A stretch of 64,000 nt of DNA from an uncultured virus (IMG/VR IMGVR_UViG_3300043436_000999) (lineage: Duplodnaviria; Heunggongvirae; Uroviricota; Caudoviricetes): the IMG/VR virus record IMGVR_UViG_3300043436_000999; one strand, 5' to 3'. The notes under the pieces are model-generated. The model had not been told where the DNA came from and did not search any database. It saw only the letters and a list, made by a program, of their open reading frames with translations. Position numbers and translations under genes: made by a program. Below, piece by piece: positions 18,840 to 28,827 of the stretch. The first letter of the stretch is position 1; each line of letters opens with the position of its first letter.

Positions 18840-20375
18840 TTATGGTGCGGGATCGCTTACGGGCCAGTAACCAAGACCTTGCATCACGCCTTTGTGAATA
18901 TGCTTTTGAATTGCGTAACTATCGTGGTATATCAAACTCTGATATACGTAACCGCAATCCTGATAATAATATAACCACCAATCAACACAATCTTGGATAA
19001 TGGCTTGTGTTTCTGGTGAGCTAATGTTGCTTGATAGTGTAGCCAAGACCGGATCAGTATCCGCTGTAAACGGTCTTGCTAGTGAAAGAGCTAGTAGGTG
19101 AATCTCAGTTGTTGCTGGATCAAACTTCCACTTTCTATTTGGATCTGCTCCATTATAGTTTGTAGGACCATTGACCCATGCGTTATTTGTATAGGTAATT
19201 AACGCATCCTGTAGAATCAAGAACTTGGAATAGTGCATCCAGCCAGGACCATATGGTGTAGAGTTTATGTCTAAGCTACCACCAAGTGGATTCCAAAAGC
19301 TATAGTACTCATTTGTATTTGGAGTTGGATAGCTATTGGATGTTGTTCTGTTTATGATGTTATTTGGATCTGTATCCCAAGGAAAGTTCTCTAGGAAGTA
19401 ACTAAAGTTATTTGTATTACTAAAGCGTTGACCCGTTCCGTTTCCTTTTGGTAACGAATTCCAGAATCTTTCAAACCAGCGGCGCATATTGGTATTTCTA
19501 TTGAATGCGTTTGCTGGTATAGATGTTGAAAGGTCTGGTGTTCCGGGGGCATTATAGACCCACGAACCATACTTATGATTCCAACCGTAAACACCAACGT
19601 CTGCACCAACGCCACAGATTCCTGCTTCAATCCACTTAAGCCACTCTGTTCTTAGATAGGTATCGTGTAAAGAATTCTTATCAGGGTCTGGCATCTGAAA
19701 TCCAAAACCATCAGCTTTATTCATGTATAGAATGTTCTTATCCATTCCCATTTCACGAACATAGTTAGCTGTATAGTCTGGAACAATATCTGAACCAGAG
19801 ATCTTGGTTGGAATTCCATATCCTGTGTAGATATAGACTTCAGCATCAGAGTGTGCTGAGTAACCAAATGATCCAACAAGCCAAAGCTTAAGTTGATCTC
19901 TCCACTCGTTTACTCTACCAGTAGAATTAAAGGGAAGTGTGTCTAGATCGGCTGCGTTAATTGCTGGGACTATTGTTGGTGGTGAGGTTTGACCTGGAAT
20001 AGATCTCCAACATTCTGGATATGGATTTGGTATCTTTGCGTTATCTGTTGTTCTAATAACATAGCGAGATGACATTGGAGACCAGATACCACCATATGCC
20101 GGAATACCGCCAGTAAATACGTTACCAGCTGGACTATTGATCATAAAGCGACGAATGCCGCGATCATATAAGTACGTCATGCTCTTTAGTGTTTCTTGAA
20201 CACCAATCGCACTGTCGGCTGTGACACCAGAGTATCTCAAACCTGTAGCCGTATCGTAACTAGGTAAGCAATAGTTAGCTGAACTTGACCAACGAGCATC
20301 GTTGCCGCCAAACGCAATAGCTCCGGAGAGGTGAGCGCATGGTCTTCTATCGACATTAAATAGTGGGTTTGGCAT
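18840..20375 (-). CDS. Hypothetical Trp/Tyr-rich protein, possibly glycoside-hydrolase-like
   Basis: 511-aa ORF, aromatic-rich, with alpha/beta pattern (LYDRGIRRFMINSPAG; GICGVGADVG). Function is inferred only. Confidence 0.5.
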   Translation of the reverse strand: MPNPLFNVDRRPCAHLSGAIAFGGNDARWSSSANYCLPSYDTATGLRYSGVTADSAIGVQETLKSMTYLYDRGIRRFMINSPAGNVFTGGIPAYGGIWSPMSSRYVIRTTDNAKIPNPYPECWRSIPGQTSPPTIVPAINAADLDTLPFNSTGRVNEWRDQLKLWLVGSFGYSAHSDAEVYIYTGYGIPTKISGSDIVPDYTANYVREMGMDKNILYMNKADGFGFQMPDPDKNSLHDTYLRTEWLKWIEAGICGVGADVGVYGWNHKYGSWVYNAPGTPDLSTSIPANAFNRNTNMRRWFERFWNSLPKGNGTGQRFSNTNNFSYFLENFPWDTDPNNIINRTTSNSYPTPNTNEYYSFWNPLGGSLDINSTPYGPGWMHYSKFLILQDALITYTNNAWVNGPTNYNGADPNRKWKFDPATTEIHLLALSLARPFTADTDPVLATLSSNISSPETQAIIQDCVDWWLYYYQDCGYVYQSLIYHDSYAIQKHIHKGVMQGLGYWPVSDPAP

Positions 20376-20398
20376 AATACCTATTTCTGTTTAGTTTA

Positions 20399-20719
20399 TT
20401 AAGTAATTTCTAATATTGATACAATAACATCAATATCGTTTGCCGTTCCAGCAACCACTCTTAATGTGTTTCCTGATTCTAGAACAATAGGTGCATCAAG
20501 AATTTGCAGCGATGTTGCCATAGGAACATCGGCATTTGTGATTATTGAGTAAGCATTAGCACCCTTAACCAACTCAACTGTAATAGTACTGCTTCTGTAT
20601 AAATTGATGTTACTGCAGTTAATTGAGTTTACAATAGCTGTTCCAGTAACACCAGAATATATCGTAGTGGCGCTGGTAGATGTTACTTTAGTTCCAACGC
20701 TTTTATATGTTTCTGGCAT
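20399..20719 (-). CDS. Small beta-rich virion protein
   Basis: 106 aa ending PIVLESGNTLRV...VSILEIT, a pattern common in tail-associated phage proteins. Confidence 0.6.
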   Translation of the reverse strand: MPETYKSVGTKVTSTSATTIYSGVTGTAIVNSINCSNINLYRSSTITVELVKGANAYSIITNADVPMATSLQILDAPIVLESGNTLRVVAGTANDIDVIVSILEIT

Positions 20720-20722
20720 TTA

Positions 20723-20923
20723 TTATTCTCCATTCTTTGGCAAAGTCAAGCCAAAAAAGGTATACGCTTCTTCAGCTGAATCAAACCAGTACCAGCCATC
20801 TGTTGGGTAGGTATGCTGAGTCTTTGTTTCTTTTCTTAGTTCATAGTTTGCATTTAATACAAAGTTTGGACCATGTAAAACAAAGCCATCATCATTTTTA
20901 TAAAATCCTGATGTATCTTCCAT
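20723..20923 (-). CDS. Hypothetical protein downstream of the LRR gene (possible fibre assembly partner)
   Basis: 66 aa with GFYK...YPTDGWYWFDSAEEAY pattern. Confidence 0.6.
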   Translation of the reverse strand: MEDTSGFYKNDDGFVLHGPNFVLNANYELRKETKTQHTYPTDGWYWFDSAEEAYTFFGLTLPKNGE

Positions 20924-20927
20924 ATGA

Positions 20928-23504
20928 TTATCCTGTTACAGTCCAACCCTTTGCCGTTGCGATTGTTGGGGTATCTCCTGCGACCCCCCAGTTACCTGAT
21001 ACGTTTATGGTTTTTGAAGTTACTGTTGGTAAGTTCGTGTAAATTTCGTTTAACTCATCTGCTGATAATACACCAGGATTTGGTAAAAAAATGTTTTGAT
21101 TAAATCCTGTTGCTCTTATACGAGATAGACTAGAACAACCAGAGACTATACTAGAGAAAATTGTAGTTGTTGCTGTTTGTTGAAAACTTAGGGCTGGTAG
21201 TTCTACTAAAGAAGAACAATTCTGAAACATTGATTGATACGATGTTACAGTACTGAGTAGTGGTATTACTCGTAATAGTGGTATTGTTTTTAAACTACTA
21301 CAGTTAGAAAACATACCATTAAAATTAACGCCACTAGCTAAATTTAGTAATGGTATTGTTTGTAAGCTACTACAGCTAGAAAACATACTACTAAAGTTAG
21401 TGCCATTACCAGTATTCAATAGTGGAATTGTTATTAGTGATTCACAGGTAGTAAACATAGAGTTAAAATCAGTACCCCTTGATGTATCTAGTAGTGGTAT
21501 AGATTTTAAAGAACGGCAAAAATTAAACATACTGCTAAAGTTAGTGCCATTAGGTGTATTTAGTAACGGTATTGTTTGTAAGCTACTACAGCTAGCAAAC
21601 ATAGAATTAAAGCTAAGACCTTTTGACGTATCTAGTAGTGGTATAGATTTTAAATTAACACAGCTAGAAAACATATTACTAAAGGCAGTGCCACTACCTG
21701 TATTAAGTAATGGTATAGTTTTTAAACTACTACAGCTAGCAAACATATCACTAAAATTCGTATTCTTTGCGGTATTTAAATTTGGTATAAACTGTAAACT
21801 AATACAATTACTAAACATACTATTAAGGTTTGTTCCCTTTGCTGTATCTAGTAATGGTATAAACTGTAAGCTACGACATTGAAAAAACATCTGACTAAAG
21901 CTAGTGCCATTAGATGTATTTAGTAATGGTATAGTTTTTAAACTAGTACAACCAATAAACATCTGCGAAAAATTAGTTCCACTAGCAGTATCTAGTTGTG
22001 GAATAGTTTTTAAATTAAAGCAACCGTTAAACATACCTGTAAAGTTAGTACTACTGGATGTGTTTAGCTTTGGAATGGTTTTTAAACCGTTGCAACCATT
22101 AAACGCATTATCAAAGGTACTATGAAGTCTACACCACTCAGTTCCTATTATTTTTTGTAATGATCTCATACCATAAAATTGTAAACCTTGAAGAGACGTA
22201 TATGAATTAAACGTTCCAATGTACTCAACTTGCTCTAGTAAATTCCAACGTATTGTTTGTGATATGGTGGCAAATACAAAAGTGTTTATACTATTTCCAG
22301 CTATTTTAAAATCTAAAAAGTTTACTCCAGATGCTGAAGATAAAGACGTGTGTCTATTTTCTAAGTTAATTGAAGTTAGATTTTGACCAGCCTGTGGTGT
22401 AATAGTTATCGTAACTGTTTTATAGCCGCGAAACTCATCTTGATTTGTTATTGCTGCGTATGAAGCACTATCGTATTGTTTCTGAGCAGCAACATTGGAA
22501 TTTACATTCGCAGATGTACCATCACCCCAGTCAACTGTATAGTTACCGGATACGGTAAATCTTACAAAATTAGAGTCGTTGTTATATACTGCAAATGTTC
22601 CTACAATTTTTTGTTCTCCAGCAGAAACTGTTGGAGATGGTTTCCACCCACCGATTGTAACTGTTGTTGGTGTTGAGAATTTCTTAGTAGTATTTGCCGT
22701 AATTCCAGTTACAGCTCCACCAGACACTGTAGCATATGCAATAAAATCATCACTGGAGATACCATTTAAATACACAGTAGGTTGTTGAGTATACCCAGAT
22801 CCACCAGCAGTAATTGTAAATGCTCCAAGATTTCCAGTAACAACAGCCGTGGCAGCAGCATTACTTCCGCCACCACCAGAAAAAGCAACAGTTGGCGCTG
22901 ATGTATATCCAGTACCACACACTATTCTTGGAATTGCTACGGCTTGCCTTGTTGATCCTGCTGTGCTTAAAGTAATTGTAGGTACTCCTACATATCGACT
23001 TCCAGGATTTGTAATGGTAATACCAACTAATCTACCGTTTTCAATCACAGCAGTTCCTTGTGCTGTTGTTCCACCAGTAGCTGGAGCGGAAAAGGTAACT
23101 GTTGGTGTACTTGTATATCCTTCACCTTTATCGGTTATAATAACTTCAGCAACAGTATTCCACAAAGTTACGGCAAGTACGTTACCACCTGATACAAACG
23201 CTACTCCTTCTGCTCCACTGCCTCCACCACCGGATATAGTGACTGTTGGTGCTGTAGAATAGCCTGTTCCTAAGTTTGTTATATTAACGGAAGTAACGCT
23301 TCCATTTACAAGAGCAACAGTAGCAGTCGCTCCAGACCCATTTCCATTTGTAGGTCGAACGTATTCTGAATCGGAAGAGTCTTCAAGAGTATTAAAAGTA
23401 TCTTCGCTGTTTAGAAAGGTTTTTGACGATGACATTACACCGCCAGTTAAATTTTTTAAATTAAACTTTCCAATATAACCGTTATTGTGTCTATTTTTTC
23501 TCAT
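20928..23504 (-). CDS. BspA/DUF285-type leucine-rich repeat protein with N-terminal G(S/T)GYT beta repeats; likely adhesin or receptor-binding protein
   Basis: About 13 24-aa repeats SLKTIPLLNTSNGTNFSSMFxxCx, several GTGYSTAPTVTISGGGG repeats, and a TVDWGDG (PKD-like) motif. Confidence 0.8.
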   Translation of the reverse strand: MRKNRHNNGYIGKFNLKNLTGGVMSSSKTFLNSEDTFNTLEDSSDSEYVRPTNGNGSGATATVALVNGSVTSVNITNLGTGYSTAPTVTISGGGGSGAEGVAFVSGGNVLAVTLWNTVAEVIITDKGEGYTSTPTVTFSAPATGGTTAQGTAVIENGRLVGITITNPGSRYVGVPTITLSTAGSTRQAVAIPRIVCGTGYTSAPTVAFSGGGGSNAAATAVVTGNLGAFTITAGGSGYTQQPTVYLNGISSDDFIAYATVSGGAVTGITANTTKKFSTPTTVTIGGWKPSPTVSAGEQKIVGTFAVYNNDSNFVRFTVSGNYTVDWGDGTSANVNSNVAAQKQYDSASYAAITNQDEFRGYKTVTITITPQAGQNLTSINLENRHTSLSSASGVNFLDFKIAGNSINTFVFATISQTIRWNLLEQVEYIGTFNSYTSLQGLQFYGMRSLQKIIGTEWCRLHSTFDNAFNGCNGLKTIPKLNTSSSTNFTGMFNGCFNLKTIPQLDTASGTNFSQMFIGCTSLKTIPLLNTSNGTSFSQMFFQCRSLQFIPLLDTAKGTNLNSMFSNCISLQFIPNLNTAKNTNFSDMFASCSSLKTIPLLNTGSGTAFSNMFSSCVNLKSIPLLDTSKGLSFNSMFASCSSLQTIPLLNTPNGTNFSSMFNFCRSLKSIPLLDTSRGTDFNSMFTTCESLITIPLLNTGNGTNFSSMFSSCSSLQTIPLLNLASGVNFNGMFSNCSSLKTIPLLRVIPLLSTVTSYQSMFQNCSSLVELPALSFQQTATTTIFSSIVSGCSSLSRIRATGFNQNIFLPNPGVLSADELNEIYTNLPTVTSKTINVSGNWGVAGDTPTIATAKGWTVTG
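21270..22110. repeat. 72-bp tandem repeats encoding the LRR units
   Basis: Recurring AAACAT...TAGT..TGGTAT.G units with a 72-bp period; AT-rich. Confidence 0.8.
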
Positions 23505-26500
23505 GTCAAGAACCATCCTCTTGCTGTGCTAGTCGTTGTTGGTCCACTACCAGATACAGTTTGCCAAGTACCATCTCCGCGTAGGAAGGTTGTATTGTCG
23601 GCTGTACCACTACCGAGTCTAGCTGTGTTAAATATTCCACTTGTTACATCTGAAGCTGCGTGAGTATGGCTTGTAGAAGCCTTGCCATCCAACGTTGTCT
23701 GTAGACTAGTAACGTCTGCGATGGCGTGAGCATGAGCAAGAGGTGTTCTCGCGTCCGATAGACGTGAGTCATTTCCCTGGCAGAAGGTGTTGGCTGTTGA
23801 GCCAAAGGAACTCGTTGTTATAACTCCACTAGTCGTTGTAATTAGTGGAAGATTGGCCGTACTGCCGATAGCACCAGCGTTTGTAATGTTACCGTGAGTA
23901 TGGCTTGTAGAAGCCTTGCCATCTAGAGTTGTCTGTAGACTAGTAACGTCTGCGATGGCGTGAGCATGAGCAAGAGGTGTTCTCGCGTCCGATAGACGTG
24001 AGTCATTTCCTTGACAGAACGTATTAGCCGCTGAACCGAAGGAACCCGCGGCTATAACTCCACCTGTTGTTGTAATCAGAGGAATATTAGCCGTACTGCC
24101 GATAGCACCAGCATTTGTAATATTGCCGTGTGTGTGAGATGTTGGTACCCGTGCATCAGAAAGACGGGCATCATCACCAGCGCAGAACGTATTTGCTAGA
24201 TTTCCAAATGTTCCTGTAGTTAAAACACCAGATGTGGTTGTAATAATTGGAAGACCAGCAGTAGAACCAATAGCACCAACGTTTGTAATGTTACCGTGCG
24301 TGTGGGCTGTTGGGGTTCTTGCGTCGGAAAGACGCGAGTCATTTCCTTGGCAGAAGGTGTTGACTGTTGAGCCAAACGTACCCGTAGTTACAACACCAGC
24401 AGTAGTTGTAATAAGCGGTAAGTTTGCTGTACTACCAACAGCACCAGCATTTGTAATATTACCGTGAGTATGTGAGGCGGCAGCAAAAGCACTTGTGTTA
24501 GATGTTGCTGCGGTTCCCAATCCAAGGGTAGTTCTCTGAGCTGCTGCGTCATCGTCATCTAATAATGCCTTACCAGCTGCTGTAATATCCCCACCAAGTT
24601 TTGTTGTTGTAATAGACGAGTCTTTTACATCGAACTTCCACTTGGCTATTGTTGCTGGTGTACCAACCGAGCGATCTTCAAAAGTAGCATCAATAGTTGC
24701 TGTATCAATAAAGTTACCGTGAACGACTTCTGACACCGCAACACCAGAAGCATCTAGTTTGCTTGTTAATGGAAATCTACCACCACCAGTTGAAGGCGCT
24801 AAACTAATTACGGATAACGGTGTAATCGCACATATGTTATCTAGCGAGGTTGGAGACCATGAACCACTACTAGCGCCTAATATTGTCCCGTTAACTGGAG
24901 ATCCTAGTTCAGCGATATTAGCTAATGTATTAGATTCGTTTGCCCAAACGGTTCCGTTATATCTTAATATTTGTCCAGTGATCGGTGTTGTAATATTAAC
25001 ATCGTGTATTTCATCTAATTCTTGTCCGTTGATAACCTTAACATAGATTTCACCAGCCGCTCCAGACGCTTTCTTAATAAGCCAACCCATAAAGACACCA
25101 TGGTTTGGTGCGGTTGGTCTATCAACTGTCATCTCACCAGTTATGATATCAAGCCAAAGGGCATTTCCTTCTTGGGGACTTATACCGTTTACAAGTTGGT
25201 TTGTGTTGATGCCACGAAGTAAACCGTTTGTTATGACATAGCCTGAACCATTGTTTCCAATTAGTTCTGCTGTAATGCCGACAGTTGCTGAAGAGTTAGC
25301 TTCAGATGTTGCATTTGCTAAGGCTACTGTTAACATTGTTGCTGCGTGTCCTCCAGTAATGCGAACAACACGACCAGCAAGAATATCGTTTCCAGTATTA
25401 TTCCATACCTTAACGTATTGATCTAAACCAACTTTAGCTTTTACGTTTTCGTTTAACGATGTTACCAAAGCCTCTTCTGTCTGACCGTAGAAGAGTTGTC
25501 CACTAACAAATGAGAAGGGGGCTAGGGCTGTGTTAAAAGAGATCTTATCTAGCGTTACTGAATTTGTGTTTTTCCACGTTGTTGTAGATAGATCATAAGT
25601 TAGAACTTGCTCATTGGTTGGCGATGTTATAACAACATCCGTAAGACCGTCTAGATTTGTTGCTCCCACGCTTAGCGCTGCCCACGTCCTATCGCCTCTT
25701 AAGTAGGTAGAAGCAGAAGCTGTACCCGTTGCAAGGTTTGCTGTGGAAATCTTAGATGTTGAATCCAACAAGGCTGGACCATTGGGTTGACCGAATTGAT
25801 CTTCAATCGTTAATAGACCAAAGCCAACTGTAGTATCGGTATAATCCTTAGTCGCTGCATCTTGTGGGTGTACTGGATTACTGAGATTAAGTCCGGCCTG
25901 TGTAACTAATCCGGGTTCCCACGACGTACCATTCCAACTCAGTATATTGCCAGTTGTGGCGTTTGATTGTTCAATGATGCGTGGAGATACGGTTGGCTGT
26001 TCTTCAACATAGCACCGCATGTATTGAACTTCTAGTTCTGGTTGGGGACTCGTTGAAGCCTCGCAGAAAACACCACAACCAACTTGAAGAATTTGATCTA
26101 CAAATCCAGTTGTTTGAATAACCGTATTAAGGCTGTTTGCGAAAAGTGCAATCTCGTTGTTTGATGCCCGAATATCAATATCAACCCAGTTTAGTGCGCT
26201 AATTCCCGTATCTACGGAAGAGCCAGCTTCTGTGCTTACTGGTTTATCTATGAAATGCCACGTCGTTTGTCCCGGTCTTACACCAACAGCAGCAAATTTC
26301 TTTAATGTTGATGTCATGGTATAGAAACCAACAATATAATTTGTGTTTGCGCTAACGGCTGTTCCACGAACTCGAACTCTAGCCTTCAAGCGGATAGACG
26401 TATCAGTAAGTTTCTTTTGAGAAGAAAGTCTAATCTGACCTGTTGAGTTTGCGGTTGATGCTTGAGCTGAGACAATGGCAGTTTGACCCGGAGAGTTAAA

Positions 26501-27679
26501 CTGAACTGCACCAGTTGTCGTTAGTGTTGTCCAATTACCAGCGGTCTTTCCATCCGTATATGCTACGGTCTCTGTATTTGGATTCTTATAGAGATCTTCT
26601 GGAATCCAAGAAGTATTACTGAGTACCTGACGTTCTGTGGTTAAGTGACCGTAACCAAGGAAGCTTGGATCAACAACAGATTCGTTGGAGATACCAAGAA
26701 CTCCGTTAGGAACATTGGTAATTTGAGCAACAGCGTTTAAGGCTGGACCACCTACGGCGGTATTAAGATCGGTTGGGTCCCAACGAACTTCATCTTCATT
26801 ATAGACTAGAATTTGATCGTTAGCTGCAACCGCGATATTTAAAAGCTCTTTACCAGCGACTGTAATGCCAGTACCGCCAAGCTTTGCAGCCGTGACGTTG
26901 GCGTTCTTAATCATTGCTGTTTCAATACTATTGGCTGTGATTTGCCAATCGTTTTCCCCAACAACAGTAATATCGTTTTTAACTCCAGTAGTAATTACAG
27001 AAGCTGGTAGGGTTGTGTTTAACCAAACAGATCCGTTGAACTGTAAAATCTGTCCAAGCGTTGGTGAAGTCAGCGTAACAGAAGTTAGATCATCAAGATC
27101 AACAGCTGGAAATACAATTGGTGTATTAACCCAATTAGTTCCATCGTGTGATAAGAAATCTCCTGGTGTTAGACCAGAAATCTCAACATCACCGAGTTGC
27201 TCAAGTGAGAGATTCTGTAATTTATTAAGACCAATTGGATCTAAGGTATCCCAATCAGAGGTACCATCACCAATACGAATTTCGTTTAGTAACGAGTCAA
27301 ACCCAATTTCACCAGCTTCTAAAATGACACCTGTCCAGCTAGATGTGGTGCCACGTCTAATCTGTAGTGGTGCAGCAGATGGTGTAGTTGCTGTACCAAG
27401 ATTAAGATCGGATGCCTCTAGCTTTGCCGCAATATCCGCAGCAACGGCTGAAGACAATGACCAAATTGTTCCACCCGCTGAGACAACGATATCACCCTTG
27501 CTTCCATCAGCAAGGCTTGCTGAGCCAATCGTGGGAAGAGAAAGCCAATTAGACGTACCATCACCAACGCGAATTTCAGCGTTGGTTCTGTCGTATGTAA
27601 TTTCACCTAACGGAAGAACTGGATTTGCTGATTGCCAGTTTGTATATGTATCACGCCGTATTCGAATTAAGTCATTCAT
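23501..27679 (-). CDS. Long tail fibre protein with duplicated Mtd/hyaluronidase-type N-terminal domain and His-containing fibre repeats
   Basis: IRRDTYTNWQSANPVLPLGEI and IRRGTTSSW...GEIGFD domains, LDDLTSV...GQILQFNGSVW repeats, C-terminal HTHGNITNAG / CQGNDSRLSDARTP repeats. Confidence 0.85.
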   Translation of the reverse strand: MNDLIRIRRDTYTNWQSANPVLPLGEITYDRTNAEIRVGDGTSNWLSLPTIGSASLADGSKGDIVVSAGGTIWSLSSAVAADIAAKLEASDLNLGTATTPSAAPLQIRRGTTSSWTGVILEAGEIGFDSLLNEIRIGDGTSDWDTLDPIGLNKLQNLSLEQLGDVEISGLTPGDFLSHDGTNWVNTPIVFPAVDLDDLTSVTLTSPTLGQILQFNGSVWLNTTLPASVITTGVKNDITVVGENDWQITANSIETAMIKNANVTAAKLGGTGITVAGKELLNIAVAANDQILVYNEDEVRWDPTDLNTAVGGPALNAVAQITNVPNGVLGISNESVVDPSFLGYGHLTTERQVLSNTSWIPEDLYKNPNTETVAYTDGKTAGNWTTLTTTGAVQFNSPGQTAIVSAQASTANSTGQIRLSSQKKLTDTSIRLKARVRVRGTAVSANTNYIVGFYTMTSTLKKFAAVGVRPGQTTWHFIDKPVSTEAGSSVDTGISALNWVDIDIRASNNEIALFANSLNTVIQTTGFVDQILQVGCGVFCEASTSPQPELEVQYMRCYVEEQPTVSPRIIEQSNATTGNILSWNGTSWEPGLVTQAGLNLSNPVHPQDAATKDYTDTTVGFGLLTIEDQFGQPNGPALLDSTSKISTANLATGTASASTYLRGDRTWAALSVGATNLDGLTDVVITSPTNEQVLTYDLSTTTWKNTNSVTLDKISFNTALAPFSFVSGQLFYGQTEEALVTSLNENVKAKVGLDQYVKVWNNTGNDILAGRVVRITGGHAATMLTVALANATSEANSSATVGITAELIGNNGSGYVITNGLLRGINTNQLVNGISPQEGNALWLDIITGEMTVDRPTAPNHGVFMGWLIKKASGAAGEIYVKVINGQELDEIHDVNITTPITGQILRYNGTVWANESNTLANIAELGSPVNGTILGASSGSWSPTSLDNICAITPLSVISLAPSTGGGRFPLTSKLDASGVAVSEVVHGNFIDTATIDATFEDRSVGTPATIAKWKFDVKDSSITTTKLGGDITAAGKALLDDDDAAAQRTTLGLGTAATSNTSAFAAASHTHGNITNAGAVGSTANLPLITTTAGVVTTGTFGSTVNTFCQGNDSRLSDARTPTAHTHGNITNVGAIGSTAGLPIITTTSGVLTTGTFGNLANTFCAGDDARLSDARVPTSHTHGNITNAGAIGSTANIPLITTTGGVIAAGSFGSAANTFCQGNDSRLSDARTPLAHAHAIADVTSLQTTLDGKASTSHTHGNITNAGAIGSTANLPLITTTSGVITTSSFGSTANTFCQGNDSRLSDARTPLAHAHAIADVTSLQTTLDGKASTSHTHAASDVTSGIFNTARLGSGTADNTTFLRGDGTWQTVSGSGPTTTSTARGWFLT
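23660..24010. repeat. Near-identical ~117-bp direct repeat (234-bp period) inside the tail fibre gene
   Basis: GTGAGTATGGCTTGTAGAAGCC...GAGTCATTTCC at 23660-23776 and 23894-24010. Confidence 0.85.
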
Positions 27680-27688
27680 GTATTATCC

Positions 27689-27973
27689 TTATGGTGGGAA
27701 GATGACATTAGCGTCTGTATCGCCGCCATCATAATCATTTACGTTATTTGCAAGAGCGTTGCCGCCATCAATATCATTTGTATTAACAGCTGAGGCATCG
27801 CCACCGTCTAGAATAGTAGAGACGGGTGCTGTACCACCGCCTTGAACTACAGTTATGTTTCCTGTAGCAAACTCAAATACCAGATCTCCGTTGCTGTTGG
27901 TATAAATACGGGAAATTCTACCACGCAAATCAAGATCTGGTGGTTTAATTCCAGTACGTTTATAGTTTGGCAC
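27689..27973 (-). CDS. Hypothetical protein with DGG repeats (tail-associated)
   Basis: 94 aa with LDGG/IDGG/YDGG repeats, upstream of the fibre gene. Confidence 0.6.
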   Translation of the reverse strand: MPNYKRTGIKPPDLDLRGRISRIYTNSNGDLVFEFATGNITVVQGGGTAPVSTILDGGDASAVNTNDIDGGNALANNVNDYDGGDTDANVIFPP

Positions 27974-28577
27974 GTTTCTTTCTCCGTTTAAAAGCTTCGT
28001 TTAGCTCTGGGTCTTTAGCCCTCAGCATTGCGACAGCTTCGCGGATCGTTGTTTCGGACTCTGAGGACAAAGCCTCATCTAGTATCTTTGCTTCTTCCTT
28101 CTTGGCTGTGGGAATAAATCCAATAAGCCGTCGAATAACTAAACCAACGCCTGTCTGCCATAAGATAATTACAACAGCTAAGCTAATAACCGCAACTGAG
28201 GCGTACTGCAATAGTACGGCCCACCACGGTTCTGCATCTTTTACCGACGAGGTAGCCTCGATGATTTCTTTAACTGTCGAAGAGATCGTGGCCTGTTCCA
28301 AAAGCCCTTGATCGGATCTTTCGATGATCGTTTGTTGGGCTGCTGAGGCGATTGCGACGTGTTGTTTGATTTCTTCTGCCGCTGGGATTTCTTTGACGTT
28401 CTCATAGATAACCTCTAAACTATGATCGGCAACAACAGCAGCTTCTTTAATTTCTTCCAAAGCCTTAGTTGTTGTCGTTGATGCTGTGTTAATAGTATTC
28501 GAACCCGCTTGGATCTTCTTTACCGAAGAACAACCAAAAAGAAAACTACAAACTAGGAGGAGTCTTAAAATCGTCAT
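27960..28577 (-). CDS. Lipoprotein with second membrane anchor; unimolecular spanin-like
   Basis: Lipobox FLFG-C16, about 100-aa helical region, then TM segment WWAVLLQYASVAVISLAVVIILW. Confidence 0.55.
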   Translation of the reverse strand: MTILRLLLVCSFLFGCSSVKKIQAGSNTINTASTTTTKALEEIKEAAVVADHSLEVIYENVKEIPAAEEIKQHVAIASAAQQTIIERSDQGLLEQATISSTVKEIIEATSSVKDAEPWWAVLLQYASVAVISLAVVIILWQTGVGLVIRRLIGFIPTAKKEEAKILDEALSSESETTIREAVAMLRAKDPELNEAFKRRKKRAKL

Positions 28578-28827
28578 CCAATGTATCTCCCCTCATTAAC
28601 TTAAAAGTGAGTGCTTGTAAGACGTTTCTAATTTCGTGAACGTGTTTTTCTAGTTTATCAACACGATAGAGAACCTGTCTCTGCTCTAAGTCTGTCACTT
28701 CCTTTTGAATTCGAAGAGCTGATTCTAAAGAAGATAAACGACTTGCAATCCAGTATGTAGAAACCGAAATAGGAATAACAACCGCTGTAATAACGGTTAG
28801 TAATTGTTCAACTGTTAACCCGGACAT
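28546..28827 (-). CDS. Holin-like membrane protein (single TM plus coiled coil)
   Basis: N-terminal TM LLTVITAVVIPISVSTYWIA followed by a coiled coil; adjacent to the lipoprotein. Confidence 0.5.
   Translation of the reverse strand: MSGLTVEQLLTVITAVVIPISVSTYWIASRLSSLESALRIQKEVTDLEQRQVLYRVDKLEKHVHEIRNVLQALTFKLMRGDTLDDDFKTPPSL

Noticed and set aside
20928..27679. Diversity-generating retroelement suggested by the Mtd-like N-terminal domain and repeats
   Set aside because: No reverse transcriptase in the window and no non-coding template repeat differing only at adenines; the repeats are in-frame coding duplications.
26865..27734. 289-aa plus-strand ORF
   Set aside because: Antisense shadow of the tail fibre gene.
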